A stretch of DNA of 64,000 nucleotides from Candidatus Bathyarchaeia archaeon (GCA_049513715.1 JBEKVV010000003.1:96001-160000), one strand, 5' to 3'; positions 19,975 through 29,087 are shown, numbered from the stretch's first letter. Made by a program: numbers and translations. The notes: a model not told the origin generated them from the letters alone.

Positions 19975-21086
19975 CAACTCACCAGCCTCCTTACGATAAC
20001 CCAACCTAGAAGTAACATCATTCCTAATAGGCCAACATAATCAGGCGCCCCAGCGCTGGCGGCTTGCGCAACAGCCCCCGTAATGAAACCGGAAACAGTA
20101 ACGGTAGTGGGAACTGTAATAGATATGAACACGGTTCCACCAGTCGTTGTCACGTTAAACTGAAAAGTGCCTAGGGGTGAAATTGTGATTGAGGTTGTGG
20201 TCGGCCCCACAACAGTAGATGACGAGTAGATTGTGTATGTTACACTTGTGAGACCAGTGGAACTGAACGTTGTAGTGCTGAACGATGTTGAAGTTGCCAT
20301 CAAGGTGGTGGAAGTTATTGTAGTGGTAGAAACGGTAGTGGTCGAAGTGAACGATGTGGAAATGGATGTTGAGGTTACCCCCCCAACAATCACGATGCTA
20401 GTGAACCCTATATCTATCGGGACCGGGGGATTACCTCTATTCCCATTAACTGTCACAGTGTATGTCCCAAAATCAGAAGGTGTAATCGAGGGTACGGTGA
20501 ACGACCCCTGAATCCCTCCGCTCCCCGGGCCCGTAATTGAGCAGGTCCCATGTGTAGTGATGGGAGTGTTTACTGATATACTACAAAATTGGTCTAGAGG
20601 ACTGAAGCCTGAACCTGTCACGGTCACGAAAAACGTTGGACCCACTTGGTTAGGCGAGACCGAAACAGTAGGCGAAGTAACCGTGAAAGTTTTCAGCGTC
20701 GTAGCTCCGGTGATAGTTCCGGTTACAGTAATCGTGTAGGTTACTGGATTGATACCGTAGGCGACAGTGAATTGGCATCCCGGACTAATGATTCCGGTTC
20801 CGACCGGGATGTTGCACGTGTCGTTTACAGCGAGGCCTGTGGGGTTGCTCGGAAAAGTGAGACCTGTTTCTAACGGGCCCCATCCTGAACCGGTCACGGT
20901 GACGACTGTGCCTACCGGGCCAGAAGTTGTCGAGAAAATGGCGGTTCCTCCTGCAACAGCGAAGGCCGGAGGTTCAACATTCGAAAGAGTGATGACTATG
21001 ACGCTCATCAACACAAGCATGAGTACGAGTGATTCTTTCTTACGTCTCTTGGTCAATTCACGAATTCTCCAATACCTATGTGACAC
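19974..21086 (-). CDS. Surface protein with two Ig-like (IPT/TIG-like) domains, T/S linker and C-terminal TM
   Basis: Repeats GPVGTVVTVTGSGW and GPTFFVTVTGSGF; C-terminal TM followed by RR. Confidence 0.78.
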   Translation of the reverse strand: MSHRYWRIRELTKRRKKESLVLMLVLMSVIVITLSNVEPPAFAVAGGTAIFSTTSGPVGTVVTVTGSGWGPLETGLTFPSNPTGLAVNDTCNIPVGTGIISPGCQFTVAYGINPVTYTITVTGTITGATTLKTFTVTSPTVSVSPNQVGPTFFVTVTGSGFSPLDQFCSISVNTPITTHGTCSITGPGSGGIQGSFTVPSITPSDFGTYTVTVNGNRGNPPVPIDIGFTSIVIVGGVTSTSISTSFTSTTTVSTTTITSTTLMATSTSFSTTTFSSTGLTSVTYTIYSSSTVVGPTTTSITISPLGTFQFNVTTTGGTVFISITVPTTVTVSGFITGAVAQAASAGAPDYVGLLGMMLLLGWVIVRRLVS

Positions 21087-21362
21087 TCAGTGAGAGGGTA
21101 GCCTAACTCCAATACCAATGCTTGGGCATTGACGTTTCCAAGCTAATATATTGTTTCTTAGCTTGCTTTACAGTAACATGTCTAATTCCAAAGCACAAAC
21201 AGGCTCCACTTGAGCCTTACAGAACGAAATTCCGCTCACAGACGCCCAAAACACCAAAAGAACCCCAAAACACGCCAATCAGGAACTCCACAAACTACGC
21301 GTCGATACAGCCCGTCTACGCCGCTTTGAATCGTTTTTGGCAACTTGTACGATTGTTCCACA

Positions 21363-21713
21363 TTACTTGAGTTCCTTTCTACATTCTTCTAAGCGGTCTA
21401 CTGCACGGCGTAGATGCAGTATCGTAATTGAACCTCCTACTACGAGTGCAACATTGAATGCTTCAAAGAATTCTGGATCGGTTACTCCCTCCTCAACACA
21501 TCGGGTTACATGGTAGGTGACGCAATCGTCACACCTGAGAACCATCGACGCGACAAGACCCATCAGCTCCTTTGTCTTAGTTGACAGCGCACCTTCCACG
21601 TACGCTCGCGTGTCCAGGTTGAAGAACCGTTGAATCTGCAAATTTCCCGAAGCAAGGATCTTCTCATTCATCTGCTCCCGATACTTCTTGAACCCGTCTA
21701 GGCTTCCATGCAA
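21363..21713 (-). CDS. Carboxymuconolactone decarboxylase/AhpD family protein
   Basis: GALSTKTKELMGLVASMVLRCDDCVTYH, VVGGSI. Confidence 0.88.
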   Translation of the reverse strand: MHGSLDGFKKYREQMNEKILASGNLQIQRFFNLDTRAYVEGALSTKTKELMGLVASMVLRCDDCVTYHVTRCVEEGVTDPEFFEAFNVALVVGGSITILHLRRAVDRLEECRKELK

Positions 21714-21794
21714 AGGATAAACACCCTGCCCAACTCCTCCTCGTGAAAATGGCGTACGTGCACATTAAGGACATGCACACCTAGCCGATGTCAT

Positions 21795-22079
21795 TTAATG
21801 GGTATTTTCATTGACCTCTGCTGATTCATGTTTCCACTTTTCTTGACGTCTGAGGCTGTGGTCGCAGGCCACTTTGAGCCTTAAGTGGTCAATTTGTAGG
21901 CGGCAAGATTCGTGGATAGAATTGGATTGCCCATATTGCGCTTTGAACCCAACCTCATTTTCCTGAATATCCAAAACCTGTTCAGCTAGGCTTTGGAGTA
22001 GTTCACAGTTCCCGCCACATCTGCAGCGCGGCGACGAATCAATCAGAATCCGCAACCGGTCCAATGCTTCTTGTTCCAT
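21795..22079 (-). CDS. Hypothetical protein (Cys-containing)
   Basis: 94-aa ORF with ATG start; CRCGGNC. Confidence 0.4.
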   Translation of the reverse strand: MEQEALDRLRILIDSSPRCRCGGNCELLQSLAEQVLDIQENEVGFKAQYGQSNSIHESCRLQIDHLRLKVACDHSLRRQEKWKHESAEVNENTH

Positions 22080-22389
22080 GAGTTCAGTTGTGAAGAATTT
22101 AGTGTTTAACCCGGAAGTTGCTCACTTGAACAACCCAGAGCACTCGCAAACTGTAAGAAGTTGCACACTGAGACTTCACCGAAAGTGTCTCCAACCAACA
22201 ACAACGTGGCTATAAGCCCCCGCCAGCGACCGCTTACTAGCCGTAACAGAAGGTAATGACGTTACCCTTGCAAGGTAACGGTACGTCTTCGTCAGCCCGA
22301 AAGGGCTGTTACCAATCGTCTGCTAGATCATTGAGGCCCACTTTAGAACTAGTTGGGAATCACCGATTAGAAACTCATATCTGCAAATC

Positions 22390-22645
22390 TAAGGGACTAG
22401 TAAATGGAGAACCACAAACGCCAAACGAAATTGCCGAGGTCATAGGCATGAATCAGAAAACTGTTCAGATGGCTCTCATGGAGCTAGTAAGCACGAAGCC
22501 AGATGTCGCGGGGATCTTTGCAACGCAATACCCGATTCCAGAATTTGGACCAACCAATATCTCATTGACTGCAGTGGTTATTGCATTCGTCTTATGCTCC
22601 ATTGCTTTTCTGAGGAGAAGAAACGTCTACACGCAAACCTGCTGA
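22390..22645 (+). pseudogene. Chimeric remnant: HTH fragment fused in frame to a PEF-CTERM tail
   Basis: EPQTPNEIAEVIGMNQKTVQMALMEL (HTH-like) followed by YPIPEF-TM-RRRN; no signal peptide. Confidence 0.5.
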
Positions 22646-22669
22646 GAAGAATCGGAAGACTCTCATTTC

Positions 22670-22693
22670 GTGTGGTGCCTATGGTGCGCACAC
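22670..22693 (+). repeat. Intergenic motif, copy 1
   Basis: GTGTGG-tgccta-TGGTGCGCACAC. Confidence 0.65.
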
Positions 22694-22808
22694 AAACCTA
22701 AGACCATCATAGTTTCCAGTCGTTCTCAGCTTTGTAAGTACAATAAATAAAGTAGCTTGGGAACTGTAATAAGTTTAGAGATAGCTATAATGTTCCGAGG
22801 AAGGTCAA

Positions 22809-23609
22809 ATGAGAAGACTACTACTAAAAGCGGTTCTGGCTTTCGCTTTTCTACTCTTCACCTACCCGCTTGCGTCCGCACAAACAGACCATCCGGTAGC
22901 TTCTCCGTTAACAACTCAAGTCACCCTAGATGGCAGGTATACTACTGCCTCCGAATGGACCGACACCTCCGAGTTCCCCATTGAGGTGGGTGTCAGGGGA
23001 GTTGTGGCTTACTTCAGCGTCAAATACGATGCAGCTTCCATGTACTCAATCTGGGATTTCGTGGAGTGCCAAAAAATGTTCCCAGGAAATCAATCGAACG
23101 GCTACTATCCAAACCAAGTCGTAATGTACCTTGATCCCTTGAGCAAACAAACTTCTAACTCAGTTGATCCGAGCATGTACCGTATCGACGTTTTTACTGG
23201 CAGTGTGCCGACAGGGACCGTCAGAGTGTCGAAGGGCACAAATTCAGGCGGATGGGCCGATTGGGATTCTTCCAACGTCGGGATTTCCAATCGTGTTCAG
23301 TATGTCTCGTCGTCACACTCTTCGGTTTCCCACATGATACTGGAACTGAAAATTCCCCTAACTTTTGCCACTCTGAAGGCTCAAATTCCAGGCAAGATCG
23401 GTATTGGAATCGAGTTCTCTGACTACTGGACAGAGGTTCATGCAAACTATCCATCTAGCTGGGGCTGGAAGGACCCAAGCTCTTGGGGCACATTGGATTT
23501 CGCGTCAGCGCCAATACCGGAATTTTCGTTCACTAGCGTGTCGTTGATCCTGTCGGTTCTGTCCGTTGCTGTGCTCTTCAGATTGAGAAAGCGATCTGTC
23601 CTGTCTTAA
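22809..23609 (+). CDS. Secreted beta-sandwich (DOMON/CBM9-like) protein with PEF-CTERM tail
   Basis: Signal peptide; VTLDGRYTTASEWTD; ILELKIPL; PSSWGTL; APIPEF-TM-RLRKR. Confidence 0.8.
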   Translation: MRRLLLKAVLAFAFLLFTYPLASAQTDHPVASPLTTQVTLDGRYTTASEWTDTSEFPIEVGVRGVVAYFSVKYDAASMYSIWDFVECQKMFPGNQSNGYYPNQVVMYLDPLSKQTSNSVDPSMYRIDVFTGSVPTGTVRVSKGTNSGGWADWDSSNVGISNRVQYVSSSHSSVSHMILELKIPLTFATLKAQIPGKIGIGIEFSDYWTEVHANYPSSWGWKDPSSWGTLDFASAPIPEFSFTSVSLILSVLSVAVLFRLRKRSVLS

Positions 23610-23638
23610 AGCAGAAGATAGAAGACAAGCATCATTCC

Positions 23639-23681
23639 GTGTGTGTGGTATCAATGGTGTGGGCACCCAAATTTGAACCGT
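23639..23681 (+). repeat. Intergenic motif, copy 2
   Basis: GTGTGTGTGG-tatcaa-TGGTGTGGGCAC...AAATTTGAACCGT. Confidence 0.7.
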
Positions 23682-23703
23682 CGTCGTTCGTCGTCGTTTG
23701 AAA

Positions 23704-23731
23704 GTGTGTGTGGGTATGCTGGTGCGAGCAC
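23704..23731 (+). repeat. Intergenic motif, copy 3
   Basis: GTGTGTGTGG-gtatgc-TGGTGCGAGCAC. Confidence 0.7.
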
Positions 23732-23813
23732 AGATTGTTATTTCCTAATTACGCCCACGTACTCGATGCCGCGCCGCTTGATTCTTTCAAGCCGAAACAA
23801 GTTCTTCGGAAGC

Positions 23814-25124
23814 TTACTGGATTGAACCTGCTTGTCGTATGCGCTGTGAACCGCAGTCACCGCAAAACTTAGCGCGCTGAAGAAGCTTCGCTCCGCAGTT
23901 TATGCAAAATGGAGGAGTTGGCGTCGGTCCGGTGGGGGCGGTTTGCGCTGGTGAAGTGGTTTGTATCGAGTTTGCGTCGGTTGTTGGGGTCAGGTTGGCT
24001 GGTGAAGGTCTACCTCTCAAGAGTAGAAACAGTGTGGCCAGGAACAGGGCTATGAAGATGAGCATTAGGGAGCCGAACATTGTTTCAGTTGTGGGGTCTG
24101 TTGTGGTTGTTGTGCTTGTCACTATGCCGGTTATGATGATGGGGTTAGGGGTTGAGGTTGTTGTTTGGGTTGTATAGCTCGTTTGCGTCAGAAGTGAAAG
24201 TGCAGTAGCGGTCGTGGTCGTTTGTTGTTGATAGCCGTTACCTGGGGAGCAGTAGGGATAACTCGGGTCGTTTGGGTAGCAAGGAGCGGGAACCTGATTG
24301 TAACACCCATAGTAGTTACAGTTCGAATAGCAACCAGAGTAGCCGCAGTTCGAATTGCACCCATAGTAGTTACAGTTCGAGTAGCAACCATAGTAGTTGC
24401 AGTTGGTTGTATAGCAGTTGTACCCGTGGTGACATGTGCTGTACGGGGGATCCGTTGATACCGTTGTCGAGCTTGTGATCACGACAGTCGTGGTTACGGC
24501 CGATGTAGTGGGGTCAGTGGATGTGGTAGCTGTAGGGGGTGCAGACGTCGTAGATGTTGATGAAGCCGAAGTTGAAGATGCTAACGAAGTTAATGTTGTC
24601 ACGGCAGACGTCACAGGAATCGTAGCCGTCTCGGACGACGTAGCCGAAGAGGTTACGCTGGTGCTGGAAGATGTTTCACTTGTCACCGAAGATGACTCAG
24701 ATGTTGAACTCGTAGAGATTGTGGACGACCCGGATGTTGTAGACGACGACTGGTCCGTCGTGTCAGTAGACACCGATGAGGACGAAATCACGGTAGAATC
24801 CGTTGAGGACGAAACCACAGAGGTCGTCGGCGTTACAGACGTAGATTCCGTCGAAACCACAGATGTCGTTGATGTTACAGAGGTAAATTCTGTCGAAACC
24901 GTAGGGTCCGGAGACGTTGTGGAAGAGTCCGGCGACGCTGTAGACGACGAAGAGTCCGTCAGAGTAGAGTTACCTGTCTGGAAGACCCTGGCGGCGCTCG
25001 CCGTCGGGCCGCTCAAGACCAGGCCCAATAGAGCTAGGGAAATGATTACGAATACGGCAACTCGCAGATTAGGACGCACCCCTAGCAGACTCCTGTTCAT
25101 TCGTCGATTCTTCTTGCACTGCAT
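23814..25124 (-). CDS. Ser/Thr-rich membrane protein with Cys/Tyr tandem repeats and C-terminal zinc ribbon
   Basis: Signal/TM, S/T stalk, (S/T)NCNYYGCY-type unit x4, TM, FCINCG...FCGDCG. Confidence 0.8.
   Translation of the reverse strand: MQCKKNRRMNRSLLGVRPNLRVAVFVIISLALLGLVLSGPTASAARVFQTGNSTLTDSSSSTASPDSSTTSPDPTVSTEFTSVTSTTSVVSTESTSVTPTTSVVSSSTDSTVISSSSVSTDTTDQSSSTTSGSSTISTSSTSESSSVTSETSSSTSVTSSATSSETATIPVTSAVTTLTSLASSTSASSTSTTSAPPTATTSTDPTTSAVTTTVVITSSTTVSTDPPYSTCHHGYNCYTTNCNYYGCYSNCNYYGCNSNCGYSGCYSNCNYYGCYNQVPAPCYPNDPSYPYCSPGNGYQQQTTTTATALSLLTQTSYTTQTTTSTPNPIIITGIVTSTTTTTDPTTETMFGSLMLIFIALFLATLFLLLRGRPSPANLTPTTDANSIQTTSPAQTAPTGPTPTPPFCINCGAKLLQRAKFCGDCGSQRIRQAGSIQ
24303..24404 (-). repeat. 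24-bp coding tandem repeat (~4 units; NCNYYGCY)
   Basis: Recurring ccatagtagttacagttcga-like units at a 24-nt period. Confidence 0.8.
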
Positions 25125-25287
25125 GCACTTAACTATGTCTTGTAGTTGACGTATAAACGAAATGGATGAATCATCCTTTCTGCTCCATTCTTTAGCGAAA
25201 GCCTACTAGCGGTTAGGAAGGACTCAGAAAGCAAGAACCAATGCTGAAACTGCGAATTGCGTTCATTACGATGGAATAATCGCTTCA

Positions 25288-25330
25288 GTGTGTGTGGCAC
25301 TATTGGTGCGAGCACTGGAAATCGAACCGT
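25288..25330 (+). repeat. Intergenic motif, copy 4
   Basis: GTGTGTGTGG-cactat-TGGTGCGAGCAC...AAATCGAACCGT. Confidence 0.7.
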
Positions 25331-25348
25331 AAGTTCAGGCAGTTTTTT

Positions 25349-25379
25349 GTGCGTGTGTGCGCGCACCAGCGTATCCAAC
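25349..25379 (-). repeat. Intergenic motif, copy 5 (inverted)
   Basis: Minus strand reads GTTGG-atacgc-TGGTGCGCGCACACACGCAC. Confidence 0.6.
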
Positions 25380-25431
25380 TCGTCAACAATGGGAGAGAGG
25401 GATGTGGCGGCAATGTGTGTTCTGAGTTTCC

Positions 25432-26163
25432 TTAACTAATAGTCGCAAGGTAGGTTAGGTTTGCGTGTGCGAGCGCATCGTTCGCTGCGGTGAAGCTACC
25501 GCCATTCAGGTCTGCGATGACTGTGCCGTTGTACATGGCTGCGAGTCCTTGTAACTGCCATCTGAGTGTGTTTCCGTTAGAGTCGGTTGCTGTGCCGCCT
25601 ATGACCAGTCGACCAAGGCTGCTCATTTGGCCTTTGCCACCGGTTATGGTGAACGTGTTTCCGTTGACAACGATCGAGCCACTTTGAATTGTCCATTGTA
25701 TTCCGCCGTTAGCCGTGTCGGTTGCTACTTGAGCGGTTATCGTTATCGAGGTGCTGTACGTTGTGACAGGGGGCATGAAGGTGCCATTCCAGCTAGGATT
25801 GATGAAGGTCTGATTCCGGTTGTGGTCGATCGCGGTCTGGTTCAGGTTCTTGTGGTTTCTGATGGTTTGATTCAGGTTGTGAAATCCGCCTGTCTGATTC
25901 CAGTTATGATTCTTGTTAGTTTGGTTCCAGTTCCGGTTTCCTGGACCCGGCATGCTGCTGGCATTGAATGGATGCGAAGGAACCGTGGCTATTCCGTACA
26001 CTGAGGTAATGGTGACCGTGGAACCCACTGGGAACTCTGTCTGTGGGTTGAAAGAGCCCGAGGCTGCCTGCGCTGATGCATTGCTGGTTGTCACCCAAAG
26101 CCCTGCAACAGTCAACGTTAGGAGGATTCCAGCTATGAGAGAATACTTCATGGTTTTCTGCAT
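25432..26163 (-). CDS. Secreted protein with tandem N-x-T sequon repeats
   Basis: Signal peptide (ASA); five NQT plus NAS and NGT in a short His/Asn-rich insert. Confidence 0.78.
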   Translation of the reverse strand: MQKTMKYSLIAGILLTLTVAGLWVTTSNASAQAASGSFNPQTEFPVGSTVTITSVYGIATVPSHPFNASSMPGPGNRNWNQTNKNHNWNQTGGFHNLNQTIRNHKNLNQTAIDHNRNQTFINPSWNGTFMPPVTTYSTSITITAQVATDTANGGIQWTIQSGSIVVNGNTFTITGGKGQMSSLGRLVIGGTATDSNGNTLRWQLQGLAAMYNGTVIADLNGGSFTAANDALAHANLTYLATIS

Positions 26164-26457
26164 TTTCTTCAGCTCATTGGAACTATGCAGTGTAGTTCAC
26201 CACTTATAACCAGAGTGGACGAATCATCCACTGCATGAGTGCGCAGCTTAACCATGGCTCGTGGCTTGCAAGAAGTATCTACACACACACGAAAAATGAT
26301 TAAACTTACGATTCAAATTCTGTTAGCTCGCCGAAAATCCAAAGAGAGCAAAGAGATAATGTAGAGTACTGTCTAAGAATCATTGCCTTCTGTAGGTAAT
26401 GTGGGACGAAACTCTAGACGCAGAACATACACTGTGCACAGTTGTTGCCGCGCTTTG

Positions 26458-27243
26458 TCAAGGTTCTGTCCGTTCAGTTATTTCATGTCCACCGTACACG
26501 AAGAGTCTGGGCTTTCCACCACTAAGCTCCACGTAGGTGTTGTGGATGACAGCGTCTTTAACCCAAGAACCGGTGTTCACTACGTTTTCCGCTTTGTTGA
26601 CGAATGGAACGTGGGTGTGACCAAATATGAGAACTTCCCCAGGCTTGACTTCATTACAAGCAGTCATATTGATTTTATTGAGAGACTCCTTTAGTCTATC
26701 CTCAGGGCGCCGGTGAAGCCGCTCAGCCATCGCTGCTAGATCTGCTTTTACGAAAGAGGGTTCTATCTTCGAGAAAATATTGTTCACGCTATTGAAATCT
26801 ACCCATAAGTTACTCTCTAGGGCACCGCCTTGGTCGGACATTACTCGACACAAGAATGCCATCAAAGGCATCTTCTGTTCAGGATCGAACTGGTAGCCGT
26901 GAACGAAACGATAATTGAACTGTCCATCAGTCAGGCTCAATTCCTTCCTGAACTCAAGGGGATATGCTGGGTTGACAAGATCCACGACATGATAATCATG
27001 ATTTCCCGCCACGTAAAATACCTGGACCCCTTTGGATTTGAGAGCAAGAAGCTTAGCAACTGTGTCGTGGTGTTCCAGGAATACCCCTGCAGCATCCCTC
27101 CTCCACATATCCACCACATCTCCAAGAAGAACCATGTGCGTAACATCGCTTTCTTGACTAAGGTTGTCGAGGAATGCGTTGAACGCTGTCTTGTCAGCAT
27201 TTGCGTAACCTAAGTGCTGATCGGATGTGACAACGACTTTCAT
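26458..27243 (-). CDS. Calcineurin-like metallophosphoesterase (LpxH-like)
   Basis: SDQHLG, LGDVVD, GNHD, HG, FGHTH, NTGSW. Confidence 0.9.
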   Translation of the reverse strand: MKVVVTSDQHLGYANADKTAFNAFLDNLSQESDVTHMVLLGDVVDMWRRDAAGVFLEHHDTVAKLLALKSKGVQVFYVAGNHDYHVVDLVNPAYPLEFRKELSLTDGQFNYRFVHGYQFDPEQKMPLMAFLCRVMSDQGGALESNLWVDFNSVNNIFSKIEPSFVKADLAAMAERLHRRPEDRLKESLNKINMTACNEVKPGEVLIFGHTHVPFVNKAENVVNTGSWVKDAVIHNTYVELSGGKPRLFVYGGHEITERTEP

Positions 27244-27262
27244 AGTACCCCCTCTAAGCTGA

Positions 27263-27412
27263 CTACAAATGCAGATCGAGAGCCTGCTGGAAGTTGCGCT
27301 TGGCCTCTTTCAGAGTCTTTCCCACCGAGTAGACGCCGAGAGCTGAACACGCCACGGCGTAGGTTCCATTATCCTCTTCCATAATCTCCGTCTTCACGTC
27401 TTTCAGTTTCAA
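27263..27412 (-). CDS. Short orphan HicB-family antitoxin (possibly truncated)
   Basis: EEDNGTYAVACSALGVYSVGKTLKEAKRNFQQALDLHL; TTG start at 27412. Confidence 0.65.
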   Translation of the reverse strand: MKLKDVKTEIMEEDNGTYAVACSALGVYSVGKTLKEAKRNFQQALDLHL

Positions 27413-27513
27413 AGCCAAGCTACGACCACACAGCAGCGGAATGGCCATGACTCCTATAAGTGCTTCAAGGGCTTCCGCTAAGTAGAGAGTAACGATCTTA
27501 CCGCGATTAAGGT

Positions 27514-27855
27514 TCAGGTTTTCTTGTCTTTCTTCTCTTTCTCTTCTTTTGCTTCTAGGGTCCGGCCGCATTTAGCGCAGAACTTTGCTTCTACGGGGTT
27601 TCTGTGTTTGCAGATGGGGCAGGAGGTTGTGGGCACTTTCTGTAGGCCGGATTTGGCTTTGACGAACACTACGTCTCCTATTCTTTCAATTTCTTCGAAG
27701 GACAGGAATGATTCTTCTTCATCGCCAATTTCCACAATCAATGCTAGTTGGCCGTTGTTGGACCATGCCAGGTCTTTGGTTACGCCCAGTTTCTTGGCCT
27801 CGCCGTCGATTACTTCTTTGCCGACTACTTCTTCACGTCTTCGCCATTGCACCAA
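27514..27855 (-). CDS. PRC-barrel domain protein with zinc ribbon
   Basis: VVGKEVIDGEAKKLGVTKDL...IERIGDVVFV; CPICKHRN...FCAKCG. Confidence 0.82.
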   Translation of the reverse strand: MVQWRRREEVVGKEVIDGEAKKLGVTKDLAWSNNGQLALIVEIGDEEESFLSFEEIERIGDVVFVKAKSGLQKVPTTSCPICKHRNPVEAKFCAKCGRTLEAKEEKEKKDKKT

Positions 27856-27947
27856 CCCTAAAACCTCAACCCTAATTTGACGTGTAGTTTGCTGCTTATG
27901 TATTTAGCATTGCTCAACGTAATTCAGTCTCACACGGAGGTTGGGGT

Positions 27948-29018
27948 ATGAGGGAGGCGGCGGGCGTTCTGGTTCCGTTGCAGAATGCGGAGAGAACCAT
28001 CCGAACCCTGCGAAAGCTCAAGCTCATCGATGAAACGCTTCAATTCACAAGAACCCGTGAGGGCTTGATCATCCCTCTCATCCATGAACCCGCTCCTGAA
28101 GAACTAACCGCAATCCGAGAGCAATGCGGGAATTTGACCGCTCAACGAACCTGGTTCGAAGAATCGAAACGCAACCCCCGAGACCTTAAGGAGGCCCTGC
28201 AAAGCAAAATCCCAGCCGAATCGATTTCAATGCTACCCACATCTTTCGACGTCATTGGCGATGTGGCCATCGTTGAGCTCCCCGAAGGGCTGAGCCAGTA
28301 TGGGTCCATGATTGGGGCTGGAATTCTGAGCCTAAACCCACGCATCCGGCTTGTGCTGAAGAAGATGAGCGAGACTTCGGGAAGATTCAGAACCCGGCAA
28401 TTTCAAGCAATAGCCGGACCCGGAACCACAGAAACCCTCTACACCGAGTTCTCTTGCCGTTACCATCTCGACGTCGCGAAAGTTTACTTTAACCCGCGTT
28501 TGTCGCACGAGCGAATGCGCGTTGCGCAGCAGGTCCAGCCGGGGGAACGCGTGCTTGACATGTTTGCCGGCGTCGGCCCCTACTCAATCCTCATCGCCAA
28601 GAAACAACCCGAAGCCGAGGTTCATTCAATCGACGTCAACCCCGACGCGTACAGGTACCTAACCGAGAACGTTTTCCTGAACAAGGTTGCTGACCGGGTG
28701 ATCCCGATGCTCGGGGACGCGAGGGATTTAGTGGAAACGAACCTACGTGGAAAGGCTACGCGGGTGATCATGAACCTCCCGGCAGAAGCATGGAAGTTTG
28801 TGGACGTAGCGGTCGACGCCCTAAGTGAACAGGGCGGCGTATTGCACTACTATACGTTCGCGTCCCGGATGGACCGGATAGAGGATTTGATGAACACATT
28901 CCGGTCCGCCGTGGAGTCTCAGAGAAGGAAAGTTCCTGAATTCAAATTCTGCAGGCCCATTAGGGAAGTTGCCCCAAACAGAGTGCAAATAGCCATAGAC
29001 GCCCAAGTGAAAAGGTGA
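27948..29018 (+). CDS. trm5: Trm5/Met-10 family tRNA methyltransferase
   Basis: SFDVIGDVAI, KVYFNPRLSHER, LDMFAGVGPY, IMNLP. Confidence 0.88.
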   Translation: MREAAGVLVPLQNAERTIRTLRKLKLIDETLQFTRTREGLIIPLIHEPAPEELTAIREQCGNLTAQRTWFEESKRNPRDLKEALQSKIPAESISMLPTSFDVIGDVAIVELPEGLSQYGSMIGAGILSLNPRIRLVLKKMSETSGRFRTRQFQAIAGPGTTETLYTEFSCRYHLDVAKVYFNPRLSHERMRVAQQVQPGERVLDMFAGVGPYSILIAKKQPEAEVHSIDVNPDAYRYLTENVFLNKVADRVIPMLGDARDLVETNLRGKATRVIMNLPAEAWKFVDVAVDALSEQGGVLHYYTFASRMDRIEDLMNTFRSAVESQRRKVPEFKFCRPIREVAPNRVQIAIDAQVKR

Positions 29019-29065
29019 TTATAAGCAGCTCATAATGACAATTATCTTTAATAGACGCTCATAAT
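29018..29065. promoter_or_regulatory. Putative toxin-antitoxin operator/promoter
   Basis: Palindrome ATTATAAGC-A-GCTCATAAT (29018-36); second GCTCATAAT at 29057-65; TTTAATA between them. Confidence 0.45.
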
Positions 29066-29087
29066 CGGAAGCAATTGCAGAGCAACG

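Noticed and set aside
24303..24404. 24-bp repeats read as a mini-CRISPR
   Set aside because: No spacers; these are in-frame coding repeats
24436..25149. 237-aa Val/Asp/Glu-rich ORF on the + strand
   Set aside because: Antisense shadow of the Ser/Thr-rich gene; the same artefact occurs at 17878-18129, 18625-18876, 19682-19900 and 20233-20511
22664..25379. Intergenic repeats read as a CRISPR array
   Set aside because: Irregular spacing with whole genes between copies, mixed orientation, degenerate copies and no cas genes
27250..27265. TAG readthrough (pyrrolysine) after the HicB ORF
   Set aside because: A second in-frame TAG follows after two codons, and there are no pyl genes in the window
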